A DNA stretch of 64,000 nt, taken from assembly GCA_032718475.1 (NCBI GenBank), contig JAUCBJ010001841.1:1-64000 (forward strand), in the 5' to 3' direction. This DNA comes from Nemertoderma westbladi. Lineage: Eukaryota > Animalia > Xenacoelomorpha. How positions within the stretch are numbered: the stretch's first letter is position 1; each line of letters opens with the position of its first letter. Of the stretch, positions 13,701 to 28,510 are shown piece after piece. A model generated the notes under the pieces. The model was given only the letters and a program-made list of their open reading frames with translations, had not been told where the DNA came from and did not search any database. The position numbers and the translations under genes were made by a program.

Positions 13701-16700
13701 AATACTCCCCAGAACAATACTCTCCAGAACAATACTGCCCAGATCAATACTCCCCAGAACAATACTCCCCAGAACAATACTCTCCAGAACAATACTCTCC
13801 AGAACAATACTCTCCAGAACAATACTCCCCAGAACAAAACTCTCCAGAACAATACTCCCCAGAACAATACTCCCCAGAACAATACTCTCCAGAACAATAC
13901 TCTCCAGAACAATACTCCCCAGATCAATACTCTCCAGAACAATACTCCCCAGAACAATACTCCCCAGAACAATACTCCCCAGAACAATACTCTCCAGAAC
14001 AATACTCCCCAGAACAATACCTTCCAGAACAATACTCCCCAGAACAATACTCTCCAGAACAATACTGCCCAGATCAATACTCCCCAGAACAATACTCCCC
14101 AGAACAATAATACTCCGCAGAACAATACTCCCCAGAACAAGACTCCCCAGAACAATACTCTCCAGAACAATACTCCCCAGAACAATTCTCCCCAGAACAA
14201 TACTCCAGAACAATACTCTCCAGAACAATACTCCCCAGAACAATACTCTCCAGAACAATACTCTCCAGAACAATACTCCCCAGAACAATACTCTCCAGAA
14301 CAATACTCTCCAGAACAATACTCCCCAGATCAATACTCCCCAGAACAATACTCCGCAGAACAATACTCCCCAGAACAAGACTCCCCAGAACAATACTCTC
14401 CAGAACAATACTCCCCAGATCAATACTCTCCAGAACAATACTCCCCAGATCAATACTCCCCACAACAATACTCTCCAGAACAATTACTCCCCAGAACAAT
14501 ACTCCCCAGAACAATACTCACCAGAACAATACTCTCCAGAACAATACTCCCCAGAACAATACTCTCCAGAACAATACTCTCCAGAACAATACTCCCCAGA
14601 ACAATACTCCCCAGAACAATACTCTCCAGAACAATACTCTCCAGAACAATACTCTCCAGAACAATACTCCCCAGAACAATACTCTCCAGAACAATACTCC
14701 CCAGATCAATACTCCCCACAACAATACTCTCCAGAACAATTACTCCCCAGAACAATACTCCCCAGAACAATACTCACCAGAACAATACTCCCCAGAACAA
14801 TACTCTCCAGAACAATACTCTCCAGAACAATACTCCCCAGAACAATACTCTCCAGAACAATACTCCCCAGAACAATACCTTCCAGAACAATACTCCCCAG
14901 AACAATACTCTCCAGAACAATACTCCCCAGAACAATACTCTCCAGAACAATACTCCCCAGAACAATACCTTCCAGAACAATACTCCCCAGAACAATACTC
15001 TCCAGAACAATACTGCCCAGATCAATACTCCCCAGAACAATACTCCCCAGAACAATACTCCCCAGAACAATACTCTCCAGAACAATACTCCCCAGAACAA
15101 TACCTTCCAGAACAATACTCCCCAGAACAATACTCTCCAGAACAATACTGCCCAGATCAATACTCCCCAGAACAATACTCCCCAGAACAATACTCTCCAG
15201 AACAATACTCCCCAGAACAATACTCTCCAGAACAATACTCCCCAGAACAATACTCTCCAGAACAATACTCCCCAGAACAATACTCTCCAGAACAATACTC
15301 CCCAGAACAATACCTTCCAGAACAATACTCCCCAGAACAATACTCTCCAGAACAATACTGCCCAGATCAATACTCCCCAGAACAATACTCCCCAGAACAA
15401 TACCTTCCAGAACAATACTCCCCAGAACAATACTCTCCAGAACAATACTGCCCAGATCAATACTCCCCAGAACAATACTCCCCAGAACAATACTCTCCAG
15501 AACAATACTCTCCAGAACAATACTCTCCAGAACAATACTCCCCAGAACAAAACTCTCCAGAACAATACTCCCCAGAACAATACTCCCCAGAACAATACTC
15601 TCCAGAACAATACTCTCCAGAACAATACTCCCCAGATCAATACTCTCCAGAACAATACTCCCCAGAACAATACTCCCCAGAACAATACTCCCCAGAACAA
15701 TACTCTCCAGAACAATACTCCCCAGAACAATACCTTCCAGAACAATACTCCCCAGAACAATACTCTCCAGAACAATACTGCCCAGATCAATACTCCCCAG
15801 AACAATACTCCCCAGAACAATAATACTCCGCAGAACAATACTCCCCAGAACAAGACTCCCCAGAACAATACTCTCCAGAACAATACTCCCCAGAACAATT
15901 CTCCCCAGAACAATACTCCAGAACAATACTCTCCAGAACAATACTCCCCAGAACAATACTCTCCAGAACAATACTCTCCAGAACAATACTCCCCAGAACA
16001 ATACTCTCCAGAACAATACTCTCCAGAACAATACTCCCCAGATCAATACTCCCCAGAACAATACTCCGCAGAACAATACTCCCCAGAACAAGACTCCCCA
16101 GAACAATACTCTCCAGAACAATACTCCCCAGATCAATACTCTCCAGAACAATACTCCCCAGATCAATACTCCCCACAACAATACTCTCCAGAACAATTAC
16201 TCCCCAGAACAATACTCCCCAGAACAATACTCACCAGAACAATACTCTCCAGAACAATACTCCCCAGAACAATACTCTCCAGAACAATACTCTCCAGAAC
16301 AATACTCCCCAGAACAATACTCCCCAGAACAATACTCTCCAGAACAATACTCTCCAGAACAATACTCTCCAGAACAATACTCCCCAGAACAATACTCTCC
16401 AGAACAATACTCCCCAGATCAATACTCCCCACAACAATACTCTCCAGAACAATTACTCCCCAGAACAATACTCCCCAGAACAATACTCACCAGAACAATA
16501 CTCCCCAGAACAATACTCTCCAGAACAATACTCCCCAGAACAATACTCTCCAGAACAATACTCCCCAGATCAATACTCCCCACAACAATACTCTCCAGAA
16601 CAATTACTCCCCAGAACAATACTCTCCAGAACAATACTCCCCAGAACAATACTCCCCAGATCAATACTCTCCAGAACAATACTCCCCAGAACAATACTCC

Positions 16701-19700
16701 CCAGAACAATACTCTCCAGAACAATACTCCCCAGAACAATACTCTCCAGAACAATACTCTCCAGAACAATACTCCCGAGAACAATACTCCCCAGAACAAT
16801 ACTCTCCAGAACAATACTCCCCAGATCAATACTCCCCACAACAATACTCTCCAGAACAATTACTCCCCAGAACAATACTCTCCAGAACAATACTCCCCAG
16901 AACAATACTCCCCAGATCAATACTCTCCAGAACAATACTCCCCATATCAATACTCCCCACAACAATACTCTCCAGAACAATTACTCCCCAGAACAATACT
17001 CTCCAGAACAATACTCTCCAGAACAATACTCCCCAGAACAATACTCCCCAGAACAAAACTCCCCAGAACAATACTCTCCGGAACAATACTCTCCAGAACA
17101 ATACTCCCCAGAACAATACTCTCCAGAACAATACTCCCCACAACAATACTCTCCAGAACAATTACTCCCCAGAACAATACTCCCCACAACAATACTCTCC
17201 AGAACAATTACTCCCCAGAACAATATTCCCCAGAACAATACTCCCCAGAACAATACTCTCCAGAACAATACTCTCCAGAACAATACTCTCCAGAACAATA
17301 CTCTCCAGAACAATACTCCCCAGATCAATACTCTCCAGAACAATACTCCCCAGAACAATACTCTCCAGAACAATACTCCCCAGAACAATACTCTCCAGAA
17401 CAATACTGCCCAGATCAATACTCCCCAGAACAATACTCCCCAGAACAATAATACTCCGCAGAACAATACTCCCCAGAACAAGACTCCCCAGAACAATACT
17501 CTCCAGAACAATACTCCCCAGAACAATTCTCCCCAGAACAATACTCCAGAACAATACTCCCCAGAACAATACTCCTCAGAACAATACTCCCCAGAACAAT
17601 ACTCCCCAGAACAATACTCCCCAGAACAATACTCCCTATAACAATACTCCCCAGAACAATACTCCCCAGAACAATACTCTCCAGAACAATACTCCCCACA
17701 ACAATACTCTCCAGAACAATTACTCCCCAGAACAATACTCCCCACAACAATACTCTCCAGAACAATTACTCCCCAGAACAATATTCCCCAGAACAATACT
17801 CTCCAGAACAATACTCTCCAGAACAATACTCTCCAGAACAATACTCTCCAGAACAATACTCCCCAGATCAATACTCTCCAGAACAATACTCCCCAGAACA
17901 ATACTCTCCAGAACAATACTCCCCAGAACAATACTCTCCAGAACAATACTGCCCAGATCAATACTCCCCAGAACAATACTCCCCAGAACAATAATACTCC
18001 GCAGAACAATACTCCCCAGAACAAGACTCCCCAGAACAATACTCTCCAGAACAATACTCCCCAGAACAATTCTCCCCAGAACAATACTCCAGAACAATAC
18101 TCCCCAGAACAATACTCCCCAGAACAATACTCCCCAGAACAATACTCCCCAGAACAATACTCCCCAGAACAATACTCCCTATAACAATACTCCCCAGAAC
18201 AATACTCCCCAGAACAATACCAGAACAATACACCCCAGAACAATACTCCCCAGAACAATACTCCCTACAACAATACTCCCTACAACAATACTCACCAGAA
18301 CAATACTCTCCAGAACAATAATACTCTCCAGAACAATACTCCCCAGAACAATACTCACCAGAACAATACTCCCCAGAACAATACTCCCCAGAACAATACT
18401 CTCCAGAACAATACTCCCCAGAACAATACTCCCCAGAACAATACACCCCAGAACAATACTCCCCAGAACAATACTCCCCAGAACAATACTCTCCAGAACA
18501 ATACTCCCCAGAACAATACTCCCCAGAACAATACTCCCCAGAACAATACTCCCCAGAACAATACTCTCCAGAACAATACTCCCCAGAACAATACTCCCCA
18601 GAACAATTACTCCCCAGAACAATACTCCCCAGAACAATACTCCCCAGAACAATACTCCCCAGAACAATACTCTCCAGAACAATACTCCCCAGATCAATAC
18701 TCCCCACATCAATACTCTCCAGAACAATTACTCCCCAGAACAATACTCCCCAGAACAATACTCACCAGAACAATACTCACCAGAACAATACTCCCCAGAA
18801 CAATACTCTCCAGAACAATACTCCCCAGAACAATACTCCCCAGAACAATACTCACCAGAACAATACTCCCCAGAACAATACTCTCCAGAACAATACTCCC
18901 CAGAACAATACTCTCCAGAACAATACTCCCCAGATCAATACTCCCCACAACAATACTCCCCACAACAATACTCACCAGAACAATACTCCCCAGAACAATA
19001 CTCTCCAGAACAATACTCCCCAGAACAATACTCCCCAGAACAATACTCACCAGAACAATACTCCCCAGAACAATACTCTCCAGAACAATACTCCCCAGAA
19101 CAATACTCCCCAGAACAATACTCCCCAGAACAATACTCACCAGAACAATACTCCCCAGAACAATACTCTCCAGAACAATACTCCCCAGAACAATACTCTC
19201 CAGAACAATACTCCCCAGATCAATACTCCCCACAACAATACTCTCCAGAACAATTACTCCCCATAACAATACTCTCCAGAACAATACTCCCCAGAACAAT
19301 ACTCTCCAGAACAATACTCCCCACAACAATACTCCCCAGAACAATACTCCCCAGAACAATACTCTCCAGAACAATACTCCCCAGAACAATACTCTCCAGA
19401 AAAATACTCCCCAGATCAATACTCCCCACAACAATACTCTCCAGAACAATTACTCCCCAGAACAATACTCTCCAGAACAATACTCCCCAGAACAATACTC
19501 TCCAGAACAATACTCCCCAGAACAATACTCCCCAGAACAATACTCCCCAGAACAATACTCTCCAGAACAATACTCCCCAGAACAATACCAGAACAATACA
19601 CCCCAGAACAATACTCTCCAGAACAATACTCTCCAGAACAATACTCCCCAGAACAATACTCCCCAGAACAATACTCTCCAGAACAATACTCTCCAGAACA

Positions 19701-22700
19701 ATACTCTCCAGAACAATACTCCCCAGAACAATACTCTCCAGAACAATACTCCCCAGATCAATACTCCCCACAACATTACTCTCCAGAACAATTACTCCCC
19801 AGAACAATACTCCCCAGAACAATACTCACCAGAACAATACTCCCCAGAACAATACTCTCCAGAACAATACTCTCCAGAACAATACTCCCCAGAACAATAC
19901 TCTCCAGAACAATACTCCCCAGAACAATACCTTCCAGAACAATACTCCCCAGAACAATACTCTCCAGAACAATACTCCCCAGAACAATACTCTCCAGAAC
20001 AATACTCCCCAGAACAATACCTTCCAGAACAATACTCCCCAGAACAATACTCTCCAGAACAATACTGCCCAGATCAATACTCCCCAGAACAATACTCCCC
20101 AGAACAATACTCCCCAGAACAATACTCTCCAGAACAATACTCCCCAGAACAATACCTTCCAGAACAATACTCCCCAGAACAATACTCTCCAGAACAATAC
20201 TGCCCAGATCAATACTCCCCAGAACAATACTCCCCAGAACAATACTCTCCAGAACAATACTCCCCAGAACAATACTCTCCAGAACAATACTCCCCAGAAC
20301 AATACTCTCCAGAACAATACTCCCCAGAACAATACTCTCCAGAACAATACTCCCCAGAACAATACCTTCCAGAACAATACTCCCCAGAACAATACTCTCC
20401 AGAACAATACTGCCCAGATCAATACTCCCCAGAACAATACTCCCCAGAACAATACCTTCCAGAACAATACTCCCCAGAACAATACTCTCCAGAACAATAC
20501 TGCCCAGATCAATACTCCCCAGAACAATACTCCCCAGAACAATACTCTCCAGAACAATACTCTCCAGAACAATACTCTCCAGAACAATACTCCCCAGAAC
20601 AAAACTCTCCAGAACAATACTCCCCAGAACAATACTCCCCAGAACAATACTCTCCAGAACAATACTCTCCAGAACAATACTCCCCAGATCAATACTCTCC
20701 AGAACAATACTCCCCAGAACAATACTCCCCAGAACAATACTCCCCAGAACAATACTCTCCAGAACAATACTCCCCAGAACAATACCTTCCAGAACAATAC
20801 TCCCCAGAACAATACTCTCCAGAACAATACTGCCCAGATCAATACTCCCCAGAACAATACTCCCCAGAACAATAATACTCCGCAGAACAATACTCCCCAG
20901 AACAAGACTCCCCAGAACAATACTCTCCAGAACAATACTCCCCAGAACAATTCTCCCCAGAACAATACTCCAGAACAATACTCTCCAGAACAATACTCCC
21001 CAGAACAATACTCTCCAGAACAATACTCTCCAGAACAATACTCCCCAGAACAATACTCTCCAGAACAATACTCTCCAGAACAATACTCCCCAGATCAATA
21101 CTCCCCAGAACAATACTCCGCAGAACAATACTCCCCAGAACAAGACTCCCCAGAACAATACTCTCCAGAACAATACTCCCCAGATCAATACTCTCCAGAA
21201 CAATACTCCCCAGATCAATACTCCCCACAACAATACTCTCCAGAACAATTACTCCCCAGAACAATACTCCCCAGAACAATACTCACCAGAACAATACTCT
21301 CCAGAACAATACTCCCCAGAACAATACTCTCCAGAACAATACTCTCCAGAACAATACTCCCCAGAACAATACTCCCCAGAACAATACTCTCCAGAACAAT
21401 ACTCTCCAGAACAATACTCTCCAGAACAATACTCCCCAGAACAATACTCTCCAGAACAATACTCCCCAGATCAATACTCCCCACAACAATACTCTCCAGA
21501 ACAATTACTCCCCAGAACAATACTCCCCAGAACAATACTCACCAGAACAATACTCCCCAGAACAATACTCTCCAGAACAATACTCCCCAGAACAATACTC
21601 TCCAGAACAATACTCCCCAGATCAATACTCCCCACAACAATACTCTCCAGAACAATTACTCCCCAGAACAATACTCTCCAGAACAATACTCCCCAGAACA
21701 ATACTCCCCAGATCAATACTCTCCAGAACAATACTCCCCAGAACAATACTCCCCAGAACAATACTCTCCAGAACAATACTCCCCAGAACAATACTCTCCA
21801 GAACAATACTCTCCAGAACAATACTCCCGAGAACAATACTCCCCAGAACAATACTCTCCAGAACAATACTCCCCAGATCAATACTCCCCACAACAATACT
21901 CTCCAGAACAATTACTCCCCAGAACAATACTCTCCAGAACAATACTCCCCAGAACAATACTCCCCAGATCAATACTCTCCAGAACAATACTCCCCATATC
22001 AATACTCCCCACAACAATACTCTCCAGAACAATTACTCCCCAGAACAATACTCTCCAGAACAATACTCTCCAGAACAATACTCCCCAGAACAATACTCCC
22101 CAGAACAAAACTCCCCAGAACAATACTCTCCGGAACAATACTCTCCAGAACAATACTCCCCAGAACAATACTCTCCAGAACAATACTCCCCACAACAATA
22201 CTCTCCAGAACAATTACTCCCCAGAACAATACTCCCCACAACAATACTCTCCAGAACAATTACTCCCCAGAACAATATTCCCCAGAACAATACTCCCCAG
22301 AACAATACTCTCCAGAACAATACTCTCCAGAACAATACTCTCCAGAACAATACTCTCCAGAACAATACTCCCCAGATAAATACTCTCCAGAACAATACTC
22401 CCCAGAACAATACTCTCCAGAACAATACTCCCCAGAACAATACTCTCCAGAACAATACTGCCCAGATCAATACTCCCCAGAACAATACTCCCCAGAACAA
22501 TAATACTCCGCAGAACAATACTCCCCAGAACAAGACTCCCCAGAACAATACTCTCCAGAACAATACTCCCCAGAACAATTCTCCCCAGAACAATACTCCA
22601 GAACAATACTCCCCAGAACAATACTCCCCAGAACAATACTCCCCAGAACAATACTCCCCAGAACAATACTCCCCAGAACAATACTCCCTATAACAATACT

Positions 22701-25700
22701 CCCCAGAACAATACTCCCCAGAACAATACTCTCCAGAACAATACTCCCCACAACAATACTCTCCAGAACAATTACTCCCCAGAACAATACTCCCCACAAC
22801 AATACTCTCCAGAACAATTACTCCCCAGAACAATATTCCCCAGAACAATACTCTCCAGAACAATACTCTCCAGAACAATACTCTCCAGAACAATACTCTC
22901 CAGAACAATACTCCCCAGATCAATACTCTCCAGAACAATACTCCCCAGAACAATACTCTCCAGAACAATACTCCCCAGAACAATACTCTCCAGAACAATA
23001 CTGCCCAGATCAATACTCCCCAGAACAATACTCCCCAGAACAATAATACTCCGCAGAACAATACTCCCCAGAACAAGACTCCCCAGAACAATACTCTCCA
23101 GAACAATACTCCCCAGAACAATTCTCCCCAGAACAATACTCCAGAACAATACTCCCCAGAACAATACTCCCCAGAACAATACTCCCCAGAACAATACTCC
23201 CCAGAACAATACTCCCCAGAACAATACTCCCTATAACAATACTCCCCAGAACAATACTCCCCAGAACAATACCAGAACAATACACCCCAGAACAATACTC
23301 CCCAGAACAATACTCCCTACAACAATACTCCCTACAACAATACTCACCAGAACAATACTCTCCAGAACAATAATACTCTCCAGAACAATACTCCCCAGAA
23401 CAATACTCACCAGAACAATACTCCCCAGAACAATACTCCCCAGAACAATACTCTCCAGAACAATACTCCCCAGAACAATACTCCCCAGAACAATACACCC
23501 CAGAACAATACTCCCCAGAACAATACTCCCCAGAACAATACTCTCCAGAACAATACTCCCCAGAACAATACTCCCCAGAACAATACTCCCCAGAACAATA
23601 CTCCCCAGAACAATACTCTCCAGAACAATACTCCCCAGAACAATACTCCCCAGAACAATTACTCCCCAGAACAATACTCCCCAGAACAATACTCCCCAGA
23701 ACAATACTCCCCAGAACAATACTCTCCAGAACAATACTCCCCAGATCAATACTCCCCACAACAATACTCTCCAGAACAATTACTCCCCAGAACAATACTC
23801 CCCAGAACAATACTCACCAGAACAATACTCACCAGAACAATACTCCCCAGAACAATACTCTCCAGAACAATACTCCCCAGAACAATACTCCCCAGAACAA
23901 TACTCACCAGAACAATACTCCCCAGAACAATACTCTCCAGAACAATACTCCCCAGAACAATACTCTCCAGAACAATACTCCCCAGATCAATACTCCCCAC
24001 AACAATACTCCCCACAACAATACTCACCAGAACAATACTCCCCAGAACAATACTCTCCAGAACAATACTCCCCAGAACAATACTCCCCAGAACAATACTC
24101 ACCAGAACAATACTCCCCAGAACAATACTCTCCAGAACAATACTCCCCAGAACAATACTCCCCAGAACAATACTCCCCAGAACAATACTCACCAGAACAA
24201 TACTCCCCAGAACAATACTCTCCAGAACAATACTCCCCAGAACAATACTCTCCAGAACAATACTCCCCAGATCAATACTCCCCACAACAATACTCTCCAG
24301 AACAATTACTCCCCATAACAATACTCTCCAGAACAATACTCCCCAGAACAATACTCTCCAGAACAATACTCCCCACAACAATACTCCCCAGAACAATACT
24401 CCCCAGAACAATACTCTCCAGAACAATACTCCCCAGAACAATACTCTCCAGAAAAATACTCCCCAGATCAATACTCCCCACAACAATACTCTCCAGAACA
24501 ATTACTCCCCAGAACAATACTCTCCAGAACAATACTCCCCAGAACAATACTCTCCAGAACAATACTCCCCAGAACAATACTCCCCAGAACAATACTCCCC
24601 AGAACAATACTCCCCAGAACAATACCAGAACAATACACCCCAGAACAATACTCCCCAGAACAATACTCCCTACAACAATACTCCCTACAACAATACTCAC
24701 CAGAACAATACTCCCCAGAACAATACTCTCCAGAACAATACTCCCCAGAACAATACTCCCCAGAACAATACACCCCAGAACAATACTCCCCAGAACAATA
24801 CTCTCCAGAACAATACTCCCCAGAACAATACTCCCCAGAACAATACTCCCCAGAACAATACTCCCCAGAACAATACTCTCCAGAACAATACTCCCCAGAA
24901 CAATACTCCCCAGAACAATTACTCCCCAGAACAATACTCCCCAGAACAATACTCCCCAGAACAATACTCCCCAGAACAATACTCTCCAGAACAATACTCC
25001 CCAGATCAATACTCCCCACAACAATACTCTCCAGAACAATTACTCCCCAGAACAATACTCCCCAGAACAATACTCACCAGAACAATACTCACCAGAACAA
25101 TACTCCCCAGAACAATACTCTCCAGAACAATACTCCCCAGAACAATACTCCCCAGAACAATACTCACCAGAACAATACTCCCCAGAACAATACTCTCCAG
25201 AACAATACTCCCCAGAACAATACTCTCCAGAACAATACTCCCCAGATCAATACTCCCCACAACAATACTCCCCACAACAATACTCACCAGAACAATACTC
25301 CCCAGAACAATACTCTCCAGAACAATACTCCCCAGAACAATACTCCCCAGAACAATACTCACCAGAACAATACTCCCCAGAACAATACTCTCCAGAACAA
25401 TACTCCCCAGAACAATACTCCCCAGAACAATACTCCCCAGAACAATACTCACCAGAACAATACTCCCCAGAACAATACTCTCCAGAACAATACTCCCCAG
25501 AACAATACTCTCCAGAACAATACTCCCCAGATCAATACTCCCCACAACAATACTCTCCAGAACAATTACTCCCCAGAACAATACTCTCCAGAACAATACT
25601 CCCCAGAACAATACTCTCCAGAACAATACTCCCCACAACAATACTCCCCAGAACAATACTCCCCAGAACAATACTCTCCAGAACAATACTCCCCAGAACA

Positions 25701-28510
25701 ATACTCTCCAGAAAAATACTCCCCAGATCAATACTCCCCACAACAATACTCTCCAGAACAATTACTCCCCAGAACAATACTCTCCAGAACAATACTCCCC
25801 AGAACAATACTCTCCAGAACAATACTCCCCAGAACAATACTCCCCAGAACAATACTCCCCAGAACAATACTCCCCAGAACAATACTCTCCAGAACAATAC
25901 TCCCCACAACAATACTCTCCAGAACAATTACTCCCCAGAACAATACTCTCCAGAACAATTACTCCCCAGAACAATACTCCCCACAACAATACTCTCCAGT
26001 TCAATTACTCCCCAGAACAATATTCCCCAGAACAATACTCCCCAGAACAATATTCCCCAGAACAATACTCCCCAGAACAATACTCTCCAGAACAATACTC
26101 CCCAGAACAATACTCCCCAGAACAATACTCCCCAGAACAATACTCCCCAGAACAATACTCCCCAGAACAATACTCCCCAGAACAATACTCCCCAGAACAA
26201 TTACTCCCCAGAACAATACTCCCCAGAACAATACTCCCCAGAACAATATTCCCCAGAACAATACTCTCCAGAACAATACTCCCCAGAACAATACTCTCCA
26301 GAACAATACTCCCCACAACAATACTCTCCAGAACAATTACTCCCCAGAACAATACTCCCCACAACAATACTCTCCAGAACAATTACTCCCCAGAACAATA
26401 TTCCCCAGAACAATACTCCCCAGAACAATACTCTCCAGAACAATAATCTCCACAACAATACTCCCCAGAACAATACTCACTAGAACAATACTCCCCAGAA
26501 CAATACTCTCCAGAACAATACTCCCCACAACAATACTCTCCAGAACAATTACTCCCCAGAACAATACTCCCCACAACAATACTCCCCAGAACAATACTCC
26601 CCACAACAATACTCTCCAGAACAATTACTCCCCAGAACAATATTCCCCAGAACAATACTCCCCAGAACAATACTCCCCAGAACAATACTCTCCAGAACAA
26701 TACTCCCCAGAACAATACTCACTAGAACAATACTCCCCAGAACAATACTCTCCAGAACAATACTCCCCACAACAATACTCTCCAGAACAATTACTCCCCA
26801 GAACAATACTCCCCACAACAATACTCTCCAGAACAATTACTCCCCAGAACAATATTCCCCAGAACAATACTCCCCAGAACAATACTCTCCAGAACAATAC
26901 TCCCCAGAACAATCCCAGAACAATACTCCCCAGAACAATTACTCCCCAGAACAATACTCTCCAGAACAATACTCCCCAGAACAATACTCTCCAGAACAAT
27001 ACTCCCCAGATCAATACTCCCCAGAACAATACTCTCCAGAACAATTACTCCCCAGAACAATATTCCCCAGAACAATACTCCCCAGAACAATACTCCCCAG
27101 AACAATACTCTCCAGAACAATACTCCCCACAACAATACTCTCCAGAACAATTACTCCCCAGAACAATACTCCCCACAACAATACTCTCCAGAACAATTAC
27201 TCCCCAGAACAATATTCCCCAGAACAATACTCCCCAGAACAATACTCTCCAGAACAATACTCCCCAGAACAATCCCAGAACAATACTCCCCACAACAATA
27301 CTCTCCAGAACAATACTCCCCAGATCAATACTCTCCAGAACAATACTTCCCAGAACAATACTCCCCAGAACAATACTCTCCAGAACAATACTCCCCAGAT
27401 CAATACTCTCCAGAACAATACTCCCCAGAACAATACTCCCCAGAACAATACTCCCCAGAACAATACTCCCCAGAACAATACTCCCCAGAACAATACTCCC
27501 CAGAACAATACTCTCCAGAACAATACTCCCCAGAACAATACTCTCCAGAACAAAACTCCCCAGAACAATACTCCCCAGAACAATACTCCCCACAACAATA
27601 CTCCCCAGAACAATTACTCCCCAGAACAATACTCTCCAGAACAATACTCCCCAGAACAATACTCTCCAGAACAATACTCCCCAGATCAATACTCCCCAGA
27701 ACAATACTCTCCAGAACAATTACTCCCCAGAACAATACTCCCCACAACAATACTCTCCAGAACAATTACTCCCCAGAACAATACTCCCCACAACAATACT
27801 CTCCAGAACAATTACTCCCCAGAACAATACTCTCCAGAACAATACTCTCCAGAACAATTACTCCCCAGAACAATACTCCCCACAACAATACTCTCCAGAA
27901 CAATTACTCCCCAGAACAATACTCCCCACAACAATACTCCCCAGAACGATTACTCCCCAGAACAATACTCTCCAGAACAATACTCTCCAGAACAATTACT
28001 CCCCAGAACAATACTCTCCAGAACAATTACTCCCCAGAACAATACTCTCCAGAACAATTACTCCCCAGAACAATACTCTCCAGAACAATACTCCCCACAA
28101 CAATACTCCCCAGAACAATTACTCCCCAGAACAATACTCTCCAGAACAATACTCCCCAGAACAATACTCTCCAGAACAATACTCCCCAGATCAATACTCC
28201 CCAGAACAATACTCTCCAGAACAATTACTCCCCAGAACAATACTCCCCAGATCAATACTCTCCAGAACAATACTCCCCAGAACAATACTCCCCAGAACAA
28301 TACTCTCCAGAACAATACTCCCCAGAACAATACTCCCCAGAACAATACTCCCCACAACAATACTCTCCAGAACAATTACTCCCCAGAACAATACTCCCCA
28401 TAACAATACTCCCCAGAACAATTACTCTCCAGAACAATACTCTCCAGAACAATACTCCCCAGAACAATACTCCCCAGACCAACACTCCCCAGAACAATAC
28501 ACCAACAATA
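4756..28510. repeat. ~23.8-kb satellite array, 15-bp monomer CAGAACAATACTC[C/T]C with 11/13/16/18-bp variants and higher-order repeats
   Basis: Continuous tandem array. Near-identical ORF-track blocks recur at offsets of 5052 bp (14774/19826, 16981/22033), 1713 bp (14074/15787) and 1260 bp (23746/25006). The array ends in a C-run at 28511-28531. Confidence 0.98.

Noticed and set aside
4756-28510. Possible CRISPR-like or information-coding array (variant monomers)
   Set aside because: No unique spacers and no cas genes; eukaryotic context; the variant order is explained by block duplications.
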